A DNA stretch of 64,000 nucleotides. It comes from Dimorphilus gyrociliatus. Lineage: Eukaryota > Animalia > Annelida. Positions 37,239 to 51,900 of the stretch are shown piece by piece. How positions within the stretch are numbered: the first letter of the stretch is position 1; each line of letters starts with the position of its first letter. The stretch spans positions 3,410,001 through 3,474,000 of the forward strand of contig CAJFCJ010000001.1 of NCBI GenBank assembly GCA_904063045.1, read 5' to 3'. A program made the position numbers and the translations under genes. The notes under the pieces were generated by a model. That model was not told the DNA's origin, made no database searches, and saw nothing but the letters and a program-made list of their open reading frames with translations.

Positions 37239-40020
37239 ATGTCGAACGGAGATGGAAATCATCCTGGTGTAGAAATCCTGGAAAATAAAAACCAATTAAA
37301 GAATGGAGAAACTCTTTTTGGGGAAGAATCCCTGCAGAACGCACCGTTTAAAGAACCGAGACTCTTCAAGAGAGCTAAGAGAGTCATGTCTGCACCGCAA
37401 AAAGAAGATAAACAAGCGTTGAATTTGAAGCGAATGCCGTTTTCAAAGAATAGCAAGAAGTCCAGAACTGGAAGACGGGGTTTGCCAAAGAAAGGTCATT
37501 GTCCCAGAAGTGGGTCAACTATGGTGAATTCCTTGTAGAGTATCAAACACACGTCAATTTAGAATTATTGTTCTACGCGGTAAAGAATAGAGAAATAATA
37601 TTTTAGGTTAAAATTTAGCATTTATGAAAATAACAATAGATTTAGAATAATTGATAGGTATAATTGAATTCGCAGAAAGTCGTCTAGTCGAATTGCGTCT
37701 AACTTAAAAAAACAGAAAAGTAGGTTAAACTAAAAATGTTTTTTATTTATTTATATTTTTTTTTAGTTGGTAGCAAAAAATAGTTTTTTAAGCGTAACGT
37801 TAAAATTTTTATTTTAAAAAACAACATAAATAGTCTTTATTTATATCAACCGAATTCTATTTTAGATAAAAGATATCATATCTATAAAAAATATTCTTAT
37901 CTTGTAACGTGCTAAATTTTGTCTTTGTACATATAACGGGCTTCCCTTTACTAATACTTTCTCCTTCCTCTCTGTCAATTAGGCTATATAGATATACGTA
38001 TTTCTTTTGAATTTATGTACAGTATGTACAGTAGTTGACGCATATCTTATGTAGGGTGAGTAGTGGTTTTTATATGCTTTTGTCCTATTTTTTCTTAGAA
38101 AGGGCGTAAATTATGAAATAGCTTTTTTGCTTTAAAAGTTGATATTTTGTAACTAGTATTCGAGACTGTTAGCTAGCCTCTCCCTCTCTCTCTCTCACTC
38201 TTGACTCTGCGAAAATATTGGAAATGCCAACAAAAACTATATACCTTACAAATATCCGGTTAGGGAAAAAGCACTTAGGCCACGAAACTTGTTTTTTTTT
38301 TTCTTAAACCTTGAAAATAGAGATTGTTTTATTGTGTTAATATTGTTTTTTTGATATAGGTTTGAGAAAATAGCATATGATCAATTCTGATCTAATCATT
38401 AAAATATTCGTGTTAATAGTTTGTGACCTATTTTTTTTGCGTTTTGAGCCTAACCCTTTAGATTCCTTGATCTAAGGTGACTACAATTTGCAAATACCAA
38501 TACTTCTCTTTTCCTTCCTCCACACACACTCTCTCTCTTTCTCTTGCTGTCTTTTTATTTAATTACTTTGTTTGATAAAGATATATATCATCTACTTAAG
38601 TCTATATTAGGATTTAGATAATACTATTAAAACAGAGAGTATAGGAATCACAATAATAGTAAATGAAATGAAAAGTTGTTCCTCTTTTTTAATTAACCTT
38701 TGTTGTTTTCCTTTATCTAAACATAATATACACTTCTTAATTCTTATTATTAGGTGGCGGCGGCGGCAAAGGAATCTGGGGTCTTCCAGGTGCTGAAATA
38801 ACTGAAGAAGAAAATACCGAAGATAAATGCGATCCTAATTACGATTCGGATTCCGCAACCGAAGGTGTTCGCTTGGTATCCGTTTCCCCTCCTCTCTTGA
38901 CAAATGTTAACGAAATCAGGTCTGCAGTTGAGAATCTTTTAAAAGAATTTTTCGAACATGGCGATACTAATGAAACTATTGAATGCTTGGACGAATTGAA
39001 CATTTCGCTGGGTCTTAGATATAAGATTATTGTTATTGCCGTTTCATTGGCAATTGATCGTCATGACCCTCAAAGGGAAATGACATCACGCCTCATCGCC
39101 GATTTATCGATGTCGATGCTGGTTGAAGAAGATATTCAAAAAGCTTTTGACGAGCTTTTATCGGTCGTCCCTGATCTAGCGATCGATGTCCCAGAGGCTG
39201 CCAGTATGCTCGGAAGATTTATGGCAAGAGCGGTAGCTGACGACTGTCTTCCACCTGCTTTTATGAAACAGTACAAGGTATTGAATACGAATAATTGATA
39301 TTATCGACTTTATTCTTATTAGGCCTTAATATGGCGTCGTTAATTGTTTCTATTCTTTTCTTTGTGTATAGGGAAGATCAGAAAGCTCTCAAGCAGCTGA
39401 TTCTCTAAGTAAATCTGAAGTTCTACTTAATATGAAACACGGTATTGTTCGTTTGGATAACGTTTGGGGGGTTGGAGGTGGAACAAGGCCAGTTAAAGCT
39501 TTAAAGAAGCGCATAGCGCTACTGCTCACCGAATTCCTTTCTTCAGAAGATGTCGACGAAGCGACAAGATGCTTAAAAGAATTGGACGTTCCTCATTTCC
39601 ACCACGAACTTGTTTATGACGCCGTTGTTATGTCAATTGAAAAGTCAACCGAGCGTGCAGCTCAGCTAATATGCAACCTTTTGAAGAGTTTATGTGAGAC
39701 AATTGTCATCACCCAGGACCAAATGGAGCAGGGTATGAAACGAGTTTTTGAGGAGATGTGTGAAATATGTATTGATGTTCCGGCTGCTTACGTTCTACTT
39801 GAACATTTGGCGAACAAAATGAAGAGTAGCGGAATTCTGTCGGACAGACTATATCAAGAACTACCGTCGAGGTAAGCTTAAAAAGAAAAATAACAAAACG
39901 GATATTTAATCAGTTATCTTTGAAAGCAAAAGTAATCTAATAGTCGTTTTTCATTTCACTTTGAACAGAGGACGAAAGCGTTTCGTATCAGAAGGTGATG
40001 GAGGCCTTATCAAGTCGTAA
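37239..40020 (+). CDS. PDCD4: Programmed cell death protein 4 (two MA3 domains), 443 aa
   Basis: Exons 37239-37494, 38754-39277, 39372-39871, 39969-40020; 1332 nt in frame. Motifs RGLPKKG|GGGGKGIWG, DPNYDS, LDNVWGVGGG, ELDVPHFHHELV, C-terminal RGRKRFVSEGDGG. Confidence 0.96.
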
Positions 40021-40292
40021 AAATAATCCGAGTGAACGAAAACACTTGAGTTTGTAGTTTTAACTGTAAAATTTTGCGAATTGCTAGACATGGTGAAAAA
40101 CTTAAAAAAGCCAAGAAAAAAAGAAAATACCTCAACGTAAAAATGAAAAAAAATAACAGAACTGTGTGTTTGCTTATATATATATATACAGTATACATAG
40201 ATATATTCAAGTATATGTATTGAAGAAAAAAACACATACATACGTAACTTTTGTTTCTGTTTGTTTTTTTAAATAAAGACAAAGCAAACGTT

Positions 40293-41262
40293 CTACGTTT
40301 CCTCTTCGAATTTTCCAGAGTCCCTTAGCCATTGTATTATACGCCATCGACTCGCCGAAGATTCTTCAACATCCATCGACGACTGACATTGAATTTTTTT
40401 GAGATTTTCAACGCTTAATTTCAGATTTCGTTCCTGTTTTCTGCCGAAAGCACTCTTTACTTGAAAAGGAGAAGAGAAACTTTTATCTTGCCTACTGCAA
40501 AAGTATTTCAATTTCATACGAGCCATATCATAATTTTCTTTAGCTTCGTTGAATGCAGTTTGTACCCTACAAGGTGTATTTCTCGACGAAGTTAATTGAG
40601 TAGTCGGGGAACCGAGAGAAGGCAAATATAAACTTTTAATAGCTATTGTAATATAGATACGAAAAAGTGAAAAGATACTAGAGGGAGCTCTTGTATTTCT
40701 TTAATTTGTCATCAAGTATAATTAATTAAATGTATATTCTAAAGAGTGTGAGTATATTTAAGAGAAACGTCGGTAGCGATTAGAGATTCTCGCCGTCTCT
40801 ATACAGTATATACTGTATATATTTTGTTCTATTTCATCTTTATACATTAAATAAATTGTTTCTTTATCCTTTAAATTTAGAAAAGTATCATAAAAAGAAA
40901 GTAGTTTACGAAAGATATACAAAGTAACAAAGAGAGAAAGAATGAAAAGTAACAGGAAGATTTGGAGAGACACTCGTGTTGATTGTTTTTACTAGTTGTA
41001 GGCTTAACTTACTGCAATTTTACATACATTATATACTGTCTATATGTATATATACAAGACAGCACTCTTCTCTTGTTTCCCCCCTACTGGTATTTTGTAA
41101 TATTCCGGTTCCTCTGATAACGGGTAGTGGTGGAGCAGGACTCGACAATATCTTTTCAATCTTCGAACTCTTTTTCCTTTTTGAACTTAATGAGAAAAAG
41201 TCTGTAGATTGACGATTCAATGCTCGTATCCTGAACTTTTGATATGGCGAAACATTCGACAT
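40293..41262 (-). CDS. Uncharacterised two-exon gene, about 174 aa, basic and Ser-rich
   Basis: Exons 41262-41088 (donor a|gtaggg) and 40642-40293 (acceptor aatag); phase 1/1; 525 nt in frame. Complex, non-repetitive composition. No domain recognised. Confidence 0.6.
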
Positions 41263-42054
41263 AATTACTAGTCTGACCAGGTAAAGTATATTCTAGCGGA
41301 AGAAGAGAAAAAAGTAAAATCTTGAAGCAATCTAGTTATATTGCCCATAAATTATAAATACAGTATATTATTCGACAAATCGAAGCCGGATTAGCGATTA
41401 TATAAATAGTATTAAGAGTAAATATGACAATTATATACTGTGGCTAAGCCACTTTATGATAAGTTGTAGACTCTTGAAAGAGTAGTTAATTGACAAGGAA
41501 ACAATAGAAATGATTAAGCCTATAATTTCTATTTTACTTAATTCTCTCCTCTAAGATCTTCTGAGACGGCTTTCTCCTTTTTAGTTTTCTAATTTTCTCT
41601 TCAGAAGTAACAACAACAACAACACAACAACGACGGTGACGTCGACCTTGCCAATAATAATATCGAAGAGAAAGGATCGGTTACAAAGTACTTTCTACAT
41701 TTTCCCTTCATTTAATATACTTAATTTATCTCGTAAAATAGAGTAGGTTTATGATATTCTTAGCCTTTCTCTTCTTCCTCTTCTTCCGCATCTTTTCTTG
41801 CGTTATTTTTAAAAGTTTACAGCGAAGAGAGGTGAAATAAAAACAAGATTAATTATATATTCGCTTCCTCTCTATCTCTCTTATCTATCATCCATCTTTC
41901 TATCATATCTGGCTGTAGTAATAATTAATGCAGTAGGCTTAATTAAATGAATATCACTGTATTTTTTAAGAGAAAAGTCGATAAACTCATCACTGTGGGA
42001 CATATTAAATAACAGTCAATTTTCCCTCGTTTTCGTATCAAAAATTAAGAGATA

Positions 42055-42086
<32 letters not shown>

Positions 42087-42461
42087 AGGAATGAATGAAT
42101 TAGTGAGTGACTGAGCGAATGAAAAAACTAGAGAAGTAAGCAAGTGATTGAATGATTAAATAAAATTAATTAATCAATCAATTAATCAATTAATTGATTA
42201 AATAGTTAAATAAATAAAAACATAGTAAATCCCTAATAACAGTGTCTGTTTAGATTTTTAAGCGTTGCAATGTTGTTGTCTGTAGGATATAAAGACGAAT
42301 AACATTTAAATTACATAGGACGAAACGGCATAAATGAGACAATTTGTCTTAAAATACAGTATACAATACATTGGCACATATGTAAAAGGTATATACGTAT
42401 ATTGTATACTGCAATGCTATTAATAATAATAGTATGGTAAGAGTCTGTATTTCTATTCAAA

Positions 42462-45400
42462 TTATACAATTGTTCCACTTAGGGGAGCATCTTCTACTTG
42501 ATCGTGATCTTCTATTTTTATATGAAAAGCCGTCGTTGGCATTAGCTCTTTCTCAGCTCCAGGAGGCTCTTGTCTTTTCATCTCTTTTATCTTTCTTTCG
42601 TCGATCAACGGCGAAGCTTGAGGAGAAAGGGAACTTGGCTTGATTAGATATATAATGTCGTCTTCGATCAACTCCAGATCATATTCTGGATTGATAATAA
42701 CGTACGATGTAGTGTTTCGTCTAGGGTTCATATGAGTGTAAGCGTCGGGTGACATATCCAGCGACAGCATTCTACTCTGAACCATCTGGATGATTTCCTG
42801 ATGCTCTATAGCGGCTTCGTCGTGTATTTGAGAGGTAGAATAGCGCGATGAGGACGATTTAGATTTTCGACTCCTTCTAAACGAATTTCTAAATCTCCAG
42901 GTAGGTGGGCTAGAAACTTCCGGATCTCTTTTTTCCAGTTTTTGAGTTCTATATATACCAATGGGTATTTCGCAGGTTGTAGAGCAGAGACGCTGATATA
43001 ATCTTCCATAGGTCTTCAACCATAGGTCTTCCGGTTTTATTCTCATCTAAAATTTAAAATCGATTAGAGGACGACCAGTTAAGTTGATTAGAAAAAGAGT
43101 TCGTACAACTGAATACTTGATTCTCGTAGTATTTATACTATTAACAATCTACTTACGCTGCTTAGATGTCCAGATCCAACGGCTTGATCGATTCCTAGCA
43201 GCAGTCTTATGAAGGTAATAAGGTAGGATTTAACGAATGCCTGATAGAGTAATCCATCTAGCATGCTAGCGCTAAAGACGTTTCCTGCCGCAAAAGGCAA
43301 CCTAAACATATAGTATAGGTGAGAACCTCTTTCTTTTTCCTTCTTTTCCATTTTCGATACTCTTAGCGAGAATGAATCTTTGGCTCTAAACTGCATAAAT
43401 CTCATATTGTTGGCGTGGCATAATTCGGTAATAATATTAGCTTTTGGAAAGAGTCTGTGCATAGTCTGCACAGCCACAATCGTATTGCAGTCACTTAGCG
43501 TATCCTCATCCTGCGCGTTGGAACTCTCTTTACTGGAGACAATAACGTTATTGGCAAGATTAATGCCGGATTTTAGTAAATTATCTAGATTATCCATCGA
43601 GCCCATGATCCAATAAACCATTGGTAAGTAGCAAATAGTATCTAAAAACTTTGGATCGGGTTTTTTCTCAAGGAGTAGGACAATTGGATTTAAAGACTTT
43701 TTAGGTCTGGCGTGAGATCTTAGGGGTATAATAAAATTATATAAGCCATTACTGGCGTAATCGGCAATAACTATGACGGCGCCGTTTGTCCATTGGTAAT
43801 CCGTTGCCGTCTTATAGGAGCAATGCGAGCAGGCCGAAGTTAGCTGAAGGCAGCAAAGTGGACGTTTATTTCTCATTAAATGGCACAGCGTTGGACTTGT
43901 TCCGATATACGGCGTTACCGGTGGGAAACCTATTGAAAAGTAAGGAAACATTGATGAATTAATGGTTATTGGAATTTTTTCCCCTTCTAATTAATACCTT
44001 TTACGTAATTATCGTCGTCGTCGTCACTAGACTCTTCGCTCGTTTGAGCACCTTCATTTTCTCTACACTCTTGTTCGCAAATTGGTGGAATAGTGGCGAT
44101 ACTCGGCTTTCTCTTCATGGCTTCGGTAGGAACATTTAAAAAGTCTTTACGAACTTCGGCTTGAGCTAAAGAACGATTAAAGTTGATTTCATTAAAGAGA
44201 AATTCGATAAAATTGAAGAAGAAGAAGAAGAAGAGGAAGAGGAGTAACAGGAGGTTGAGGAGGAGGAAGAGAATTTAATTTAAATAGCTAATAGAGAAGC
44301 ATGCATTAATGTTTAAGGAATACAGCATTCAATCATTAGTTAAAAGTAAAGGAAAGATAAGATAAAAGTGAATATACAGTAAATATATAATATAGATACT
44401 GTATATACTGAATAGTAAGAAGATGCTTGAAATTTTAATCCATTACCTGAACTGGGACTATCTGTAAAGAGAAAAGAAGTATATTTAAAAAAATAGTGTC
44501 ATCTTTTTAAGAGAGAAGAAAGGCGTAGGGGAAAAAAAAGAAAGTACAAAATAAAGATGAATATATATACAAGTATGCATATCATTCTCATACTTAATAA
44601 ATACATCAACCGTCCATAATCTCAACTCTATTTCTTTTTATATCTCTTTTTATCTAGTTAAATCTCTTCTTTTTAGACGAAAAGATTAGATTTAATCCGT
44701 AAAAAGATGTCTCGATTGCGGATGGTTTAAAAATTCGTGTATGAAAAAGTGAATGTTGTAAAGAAATATCCATAAAAAAGAATCTTCTAAAGCAATAATA
44801 AAGGGAATAAACAAAATTAAAAACAATAATGTTTACAACGTGATTGACAGACAGACAAACAAACAAACAAACAAACAAATAAATAAATCAATAATTATTA
44901 AATGTTTCTTTAAACAAAGATATAAATAAAATAAAGGAAAAATATATAGAACTGTGCTTTATATTTGTGCGATAAGTTTTGTTAATTGCTTTACTTTAAT
45001 TAATTAATTAATTTATTTATTTATTAATTTATTACTACTTTTTTTTTATTGTTATTATTAATACTATTTTGCTTTTTTTTCTCTTTTTTTTTGACAATTT
45101 TCTAAGAAGAAAAAACACCTACGATCTCGCCTCTTTAATATTCTGCTAAATGTAGGCCTACTACTTGATCTCTTTACCGCTAAGGCAACGGCGCCTGAAA
45201 ATATTATATATATATACTGTATACATATTATATATATATATATATAAACTTTATATATATATAGATATATAGATATATGATAAAAAAATAGGCCCATAAA
45301 AGAAAGAAACATATTAAAATTATTACTTTTCTTTCGGTTGAAAACAAAAGAAAGAGAAGAAATAGCATTACTAATAATAAAGGAAACTTTTCTCCTTCCC

Positions 45401-45645
45401 TAACAATTATCTTGGTAACAACTTTTGAATTAGAGTTATAGTTAATTTCCTGTTAATTAATTAACTATATAGAAATATATAGAAATTCTATGGAAGATTA
45501 AGGAATGTAGAGGAGAGAGAGAGAAAGGAAAAGTAAAGAGAAAATTTTGATGACGAATGACAAGTTATATATACATAATAGACAGTATACACTACAGTCT
45601 TATTGAATGTATGATATTTTCAACCGAAAGAAATACAGAAGTGAT

Positions 45646-45688
<43 letters not shown>

Positions 45689-48600
45689 GAGAGAGAGAGA
45701 GAAGGAAAGAAAGAAAGAAGGAAAGAGTGAGGAGAAAAGTAGGAAAAAAAGGAATATTATTAAAATTTGTATACATGTACTTATATATTAGTATATCTAT
45801 ATATATATTTACATGTATACTATTTATAACTAATATATTATTATTAGTAGTACTAATAGTAGTAAAAACAGTAATCATACCAATGTTTGCTACGTTTGAA
45901 GCTGCTCTATTCGTAGAAGTTAATTTCTCCTGATTTTGATTTGATTGAACGAATGTATTTTCTTCCTTTGTTATGCTCATATAAAATAACAAATCCGTCT
46001 TTTTCATTAGATGTCTAGGTCCCGGATTTAATTGGATGGTAGAACCGGAAATATCTTGTTGCTTAATTCCAACCAATGCAACACCGTATTTCCTATGAGC
46101 GTGAAATGAGGCATAATTAAAACTCTTTCCTTCGTATTCTTCGAAAAATTTCGATTTTCCCAAGACAATCTGATAGATTTCATTTCCGGAACATCTACCG
46201 TACAATCTCATCCAATTTTCATTCGAACTCTGCCCTTCAGCTCCTCGCGACGTATGTAAAAGAAGGGTAACGAGCGTCGAAGTACCGGGACAGAGACAAT
46301 TATTAGCTAATAAGGCATATTTGAATTCATCCTCACAAACAACGTGTTCGGCAAATTTAACGTGAATCTTATTCTCGGGTCTGAACATTTGAACGTACTG
46401 TGGAACGTATGGAGCGAAATCCTTTACAGCCCAAGACCTATAAAGACATAAAAGGAACGAAATGGAAATCGTATAAAAACGAGTAACGCGGGAAAAATAG
46501 AAAGAAAAGGGAAAAGCGAAAATATAAAGAACTGATTAGCGTAAATTAATCCTACATTGTAATTAATTATTGATAAAATACGTTCCGTTACGATGAATAT
46601 ACTATATTTTCTATATATAAATATATAGTTTTCTGTATGCAATGGTGTATTGTACTGATTATATTCCTAATTTACTATTATAATGGTTAGCGCCTCTTTC
46701 TATCATCTTTGTGCGCTTTCCTTCGCCCCCCCCCCTCCCCTACCCTTCCTCTCCTTCCCCGCCTCACACTCTTCTTTACTCTGCCTTCGTATCTCACTAA
46801 CACATGCATCATCTATTTTACTGTGAATATACATCTTGGAAAAGATATATATTAATACTTATAGATCTTCTTTTTCCTCCTTTTAACATTACCCCTTTAC
46901 GCTTAAACTCTTATTATGCCACCTTACCAGCCTATAATAGTAAGCCAACCGGAAAATTTGTGATTAATTACGCCTAAGATCCCTTTCTCCCTTCAACTCT
47001 CCCTCCCTCATTCAATACTAGAATTTTGCTGTTAGATGTATCATTGCCCTATTATACTTAAAGGGGCCATTTTGTAATCAAACTAATGGGTTAATTTATA
47101 CCTGAGAATTGTATGCTGATCGGCAGCCGTTCTATCAGTAATATTTCTTTCGGCAATGACAAAACAGGCTTCGGCTTCCTGCATTCGACACCTATTTAAA
47201 TCTGAATCCTTCAGGGCAGATCCTTGTATATAGATTACTCTAGCCGCCCATATGGGAACTTGAAGTATCATTTTCATTGTAGCATCCAATTCGCAAGGAG
47301 ATAATAAGACAACGTAGTAATGCTGCAGTTTAGGGTGAGCGTAAAATTCGTTGAGAAAATCCATAATTACATCGGCGTGTAAGGTTGTCGTACAAAGAAC
47401 AACGTGCTTTTCATTTTGAGCTCTGTGACTACTATACGTTCCTCCTTGCTTCTGGCGTTCAATCCAAGTAAATGCCAATTGCTCGACTTGCGTCGGAAGT
47501 ACAATAAGAGCAGCGATAATAACCAACATCATAAATACTTTACTTGGCCATATATCAGGAACGACGTCACCATATCCAACAGTAGAAAAAGTTACAATAA
47601 CATACCAGACGCAGTCTATAAGATCCATCTGACGATTACCAGCCCTTTGTAGGTGTTGGATGCCGCAAATACTAATTAAAATAAGAGAAAAACCAACTGT
47701 ATTTCATAAATAATACACGAAAGATAGGAGGCAAAGTGAATTGAATTACGTAATGATGAACTAATTAGAAAAGACAAATCTGTTCCTCTCAACAACTCCT
47801 TTTAATGTTACTTAATAAGAAAGAACGAAAAGTGTTCGCTTAGGCAATTTAATTATGTTTAAATATATACTGTATATACAGCATTAATTTTTAGACGCCT
47901 ATTCCCATTTCCTTACTTCTCGTCCGTAAATTGTTTACCAAGTAAATAGTTGTAATATGGATAAATATAGAATATACATAGTTTATAAACCCTACTTGTG
48001 TCCCCTATACTACCCTCTATAATAATCTATCTCTCTATCTCTCTATCTATCTATCTGTCTGTCTGTCTGTCTATGTTTCTCTCACGCTCAATATACTATT
48101 ATAAAATACACGAAAGATATTGATAGTAAATTATCATTCTTCTCCGCTCCTCTTCTCCTATCTTAATATTCTATTTAATCAGATATGATCGTATCTGGAA
48201 AACGGTGCGAGTAAAACATCATTTAATACTATTTCTTCAATATTTTCAAACTTCGTCATTTACTTGATAAGTTAATATTTCTTCTTTTTTTATAGAATAG
48301 AGAAAAACTTGTCCAATCTTCTGTTGTCGATTAATTAGCTTCGTACGATTTCTATAAATAGGAAGAAGACTGAAAATGTTGAACCTCTCCTTACCCCTCC
48401 CCTTTCCTAAGGCCTTTTTTTTATCAGCAACAGAAAAGTGTCAAATCCTGTATAGGAAATGAGAGAGAAAGAGAGAGAAAGAATGAGTAGGAAAAAAGCT
48501 TAAATCTCTCTCTCCTCTCTCCGTCTTCTCATAAATAATAAAAAAATAAAAAAAGCTTGATAACTATATAAGTAAATATATGAATTATTAACCTTTTTGT

Positions 48601-48886
48601 TCCGTTTCTATTAACTATTTAGTATATGATATACAATGAGGTTGATATATACTGCAGTCTAGTTTAATCTTTACAGTACCCTACTGCAAAATATTTTGTT
48701 TTAGATTATTCTTTAAAGAGAAAAGTCTGTAGATTAGGTAAAGTAATCATTCTTTTGCCTTTTCTACTTCAAAGTATTGCTGGAAAAGTCGAACTGGGGC
48801 TCGTTTAAAAAATATCAATCAAAATGAAACAGCTTGAAGCAATTGCTGTATAAAGTAACGTAGTAACGTGCTTTCTCAGGCTCATC

Positions 48887-48931
<45 letters not shown>

Positions 48932-51900
48932 GAGAATGGATAAAAAAAAGAAAGAAAGAAGAAACACTCTACATATTCTGCAGTTTTAAATAAATGTAGA
49001 AAGAGAGAAGAATAGAAATCGCTTAACACTCTTGCATTAGCTTTTTAACATAAAGAGGAACAGTATAAATAATACATGTTTTGTCGTGTATAAAAGATAA
49101 CGGACTTTTTTTTTATAAAAACAAAAGATTAGCTAAAAGTTAAACCAGGATAAAATTCCCGTAGTAGGAAATATCCTGTTTTCTTTTAAAGTTTCTTTGC
49201 ATGTAAAAAACATAAAGGATAAAAAAAGGAGTAAGAAGTAAAGCCTTATTTTCTTTTTAACAATTTTCTAGCAAGGTAAACGGCTTTAGATAAATAAAAC
49301 GAGGAGAAATAAAGATAAAGAGAAAGAGACAGAGAGAAAGGGAATGGAATGAATTGAAGAAATAGTCTGCCAATTCGTTATTATAAACTTGTAAACTGGT
49401 AAACAACTATCTTACTCTAAAAGCGTGCATAAATTTAGTCAATTAGAATTACCTAGTGAAAAAAAGGCAGAGAAAAGTAGCTATTAGGATCATCATGTGA
49501 TGCGAGAGAGCAGACTGAGACTTGAGCATGGCTCTATGTAAATCGTTCTGTGAGGAAAAGTCAATCAGTTAAGCAATACGTGTTTCGTTAATAACAAAGC
49601 AAAGATCTTATCATTTATATTGTTAGTGTGAAAAGCTAAAACAAAACAATAAACTCAACACACACACACACATTACGCTATACACAGTGTGTTCTGTATA
49701 CATGCATATATTAATATAGCACGTTATCTACTAAATATGTTAATTAGTTAATTAACTAATTAATTAATTAAGCATTTAATAAAATAATAAGAGTAATCAA
49801 TTGAAAAGATGTAATGGAACAAGAGTGATGCTGATTCTGCAAAGAAATCTCACCCGGTAAAGAAGAAACAAATATTCATGACGACAAGCAAGACAATTTT
49901 GTACATAAGCGAATCATGCATCAAACTCGAGCTAAGGCTTTTCTGGATAAGAAAAAAATATATACATTTATATAAATTTTTCACTTTGTCTCGCAGCTAA
50001 AGAGAGACTGAAACAGAACGAGATCAGACAGAAAAAGATAGACCTAGCCAACAGACGACTAAATGAAAAGGAACTATGGAATGGGTTAGTACAGTAGTTT
50101 GTCAGAAGAATTTGATGAATAGAAAACAAAAATACTTACAAACATACTTTCCAAAGCAGCTTTAGCCAACCAACAGTTTAAGAAGACGGGAACAAACAAG
50201 TTTCGTATTGGAAAGTAGAAAATCTGAGTTGATGCATCAATTTTATAAAGGCGATATATACTGTATTATATACTGCATATATAAATATACTAATATATCT
50301 ATATATAATATAGTGTGGATTAATTGAACAAATGAACGAAATAATAAATAAATGAATAAAAAGATGAATAGGTTAATGAATAATTTAACGCTTACCGTAA
50401 TAATAAAAGGTACTGTATTAACTATTTCGAGAAAGAATACTGGACTTAAAATTTGCTGGATGATGTTGCCTTTATAGCCAAGGTAAGTCAAGAGTAACTG
50501 TTCCGCTAGACTAATTATAGCAACAGTCACTTGTATAGCCCAAAGCCATTGATTTCTATTCACCCACAACAGTAATTTCCAATCGATAGTTTGATTTTGT
50601 CTAAATAATTCGGCTGGCATTTCGGATTTTGTAAAATTCCAACAGGTTTCCGATTGAAATGGTACTGGATAGCATTCAATAGTTTTTGGATTATCCATAC
50701 TAACCCTTACTATGTATAATACGCATGATAACAATTTTATAAATAGATTAAACAATCTTATTCTTAGGCTTGATCTTTGATTTTTTATAAAATATACTTG
50801 GAGTCTTTCCTTGAATGATTTTTCATTCGTAAAGAATTCCACTCGCACCCTGTTCAAAGGAAAAAAGAAAGAGACAGATAATGAAAATTATCAGTTAACA
50901 AGTAAATCAATATTCCATGTATATGATAATATAAGGCGCAAACAATGTATCTGACAAAGAGCGGACAGAGAAAGGAAAGATGGAATAAAGAAATGGCAGA
51001 CAAATCGTTTCAATGAAGTGAATTGGCTTGAATACAATATACAGTATACTAATATACATATATATATATATATATTGTATATCTATGCGAATGCTTACTT
51101 TCATTCTATTTTTCTTATTTAACACTTTTATCCTTTTCTTTGTTTATTGCCTCTTAATAAAAGAGTTTATTCAAATAGAACAGAAAAGAGACGCTGCTTC
51201 TCTTTTCATTACTTTCTACTTTTTATTTGTATTATGTTTCCTAGAAAGTTATTAATTGACTTGGTTGGTATTACTGAAGGCGGTGGACATAACAAGTGAA
51301 GCTATAATGAATTGGCGAAAATGAGCGGTGGCTACGAAGGAGAATGATATACTGTATAATATATATATGCATGTATGTATGCACACGTGTGTACAGATAT
51401 AGATATCAACGCAGAAAAGGAAAAGGGAGGAAGAGGGAGAAGAGAATGTCTATAAACATAGAAATATCTCTTTTTCTCCTCTTTCTTTCATCAATTCACT
51501 CGCGTATTTTTGTATATCAATCCACTTTTCTGTCTAACTATTCGTCTAACTAACTCTAAGGATTGATCAATGGACTGTCTTTTTCCTTTCAGGTGTTCTT
51601 TCTGGAAGGAAAATTAATGGAGGTGATTAAAACGAGTCAACTACACAAGAGGGAGACTATCTGAGATTATACACGACATGAAAATCATTATTTACATACG
51701 ATACCGTAGTAAGAGAGAGAGAGGAAAGGGGGGAAGTGGAGACGTAAAGAAGGAGAAGGGGATGAGGATAAATGGAATAATGTTGAAATTTGTTTAAAAA
51801 GAATTTTTTAAGAGTATACGAGTAAAAATTATGGAAAATCAATTTTTTCCAGTCTCGTCTAGTTACTTTGTGTCTCTCATAGGTCAATAAAAATTACGGC

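Noticed and set aside
48395-48447. Possible third S5 variant exon in the Slo2 intron (atacag...gtaagg)
   Set aside because: It has an in-frame TGA and no hydrophobic helix.
49741-49762. 22-bp palindrome TAATTAGTTAATTAACTAATTA between exons A and B
   Set aside because: It is a low-complexity TAAT-repeat derivative, and similar tracts occur elsewhere (about 42170, 62070).
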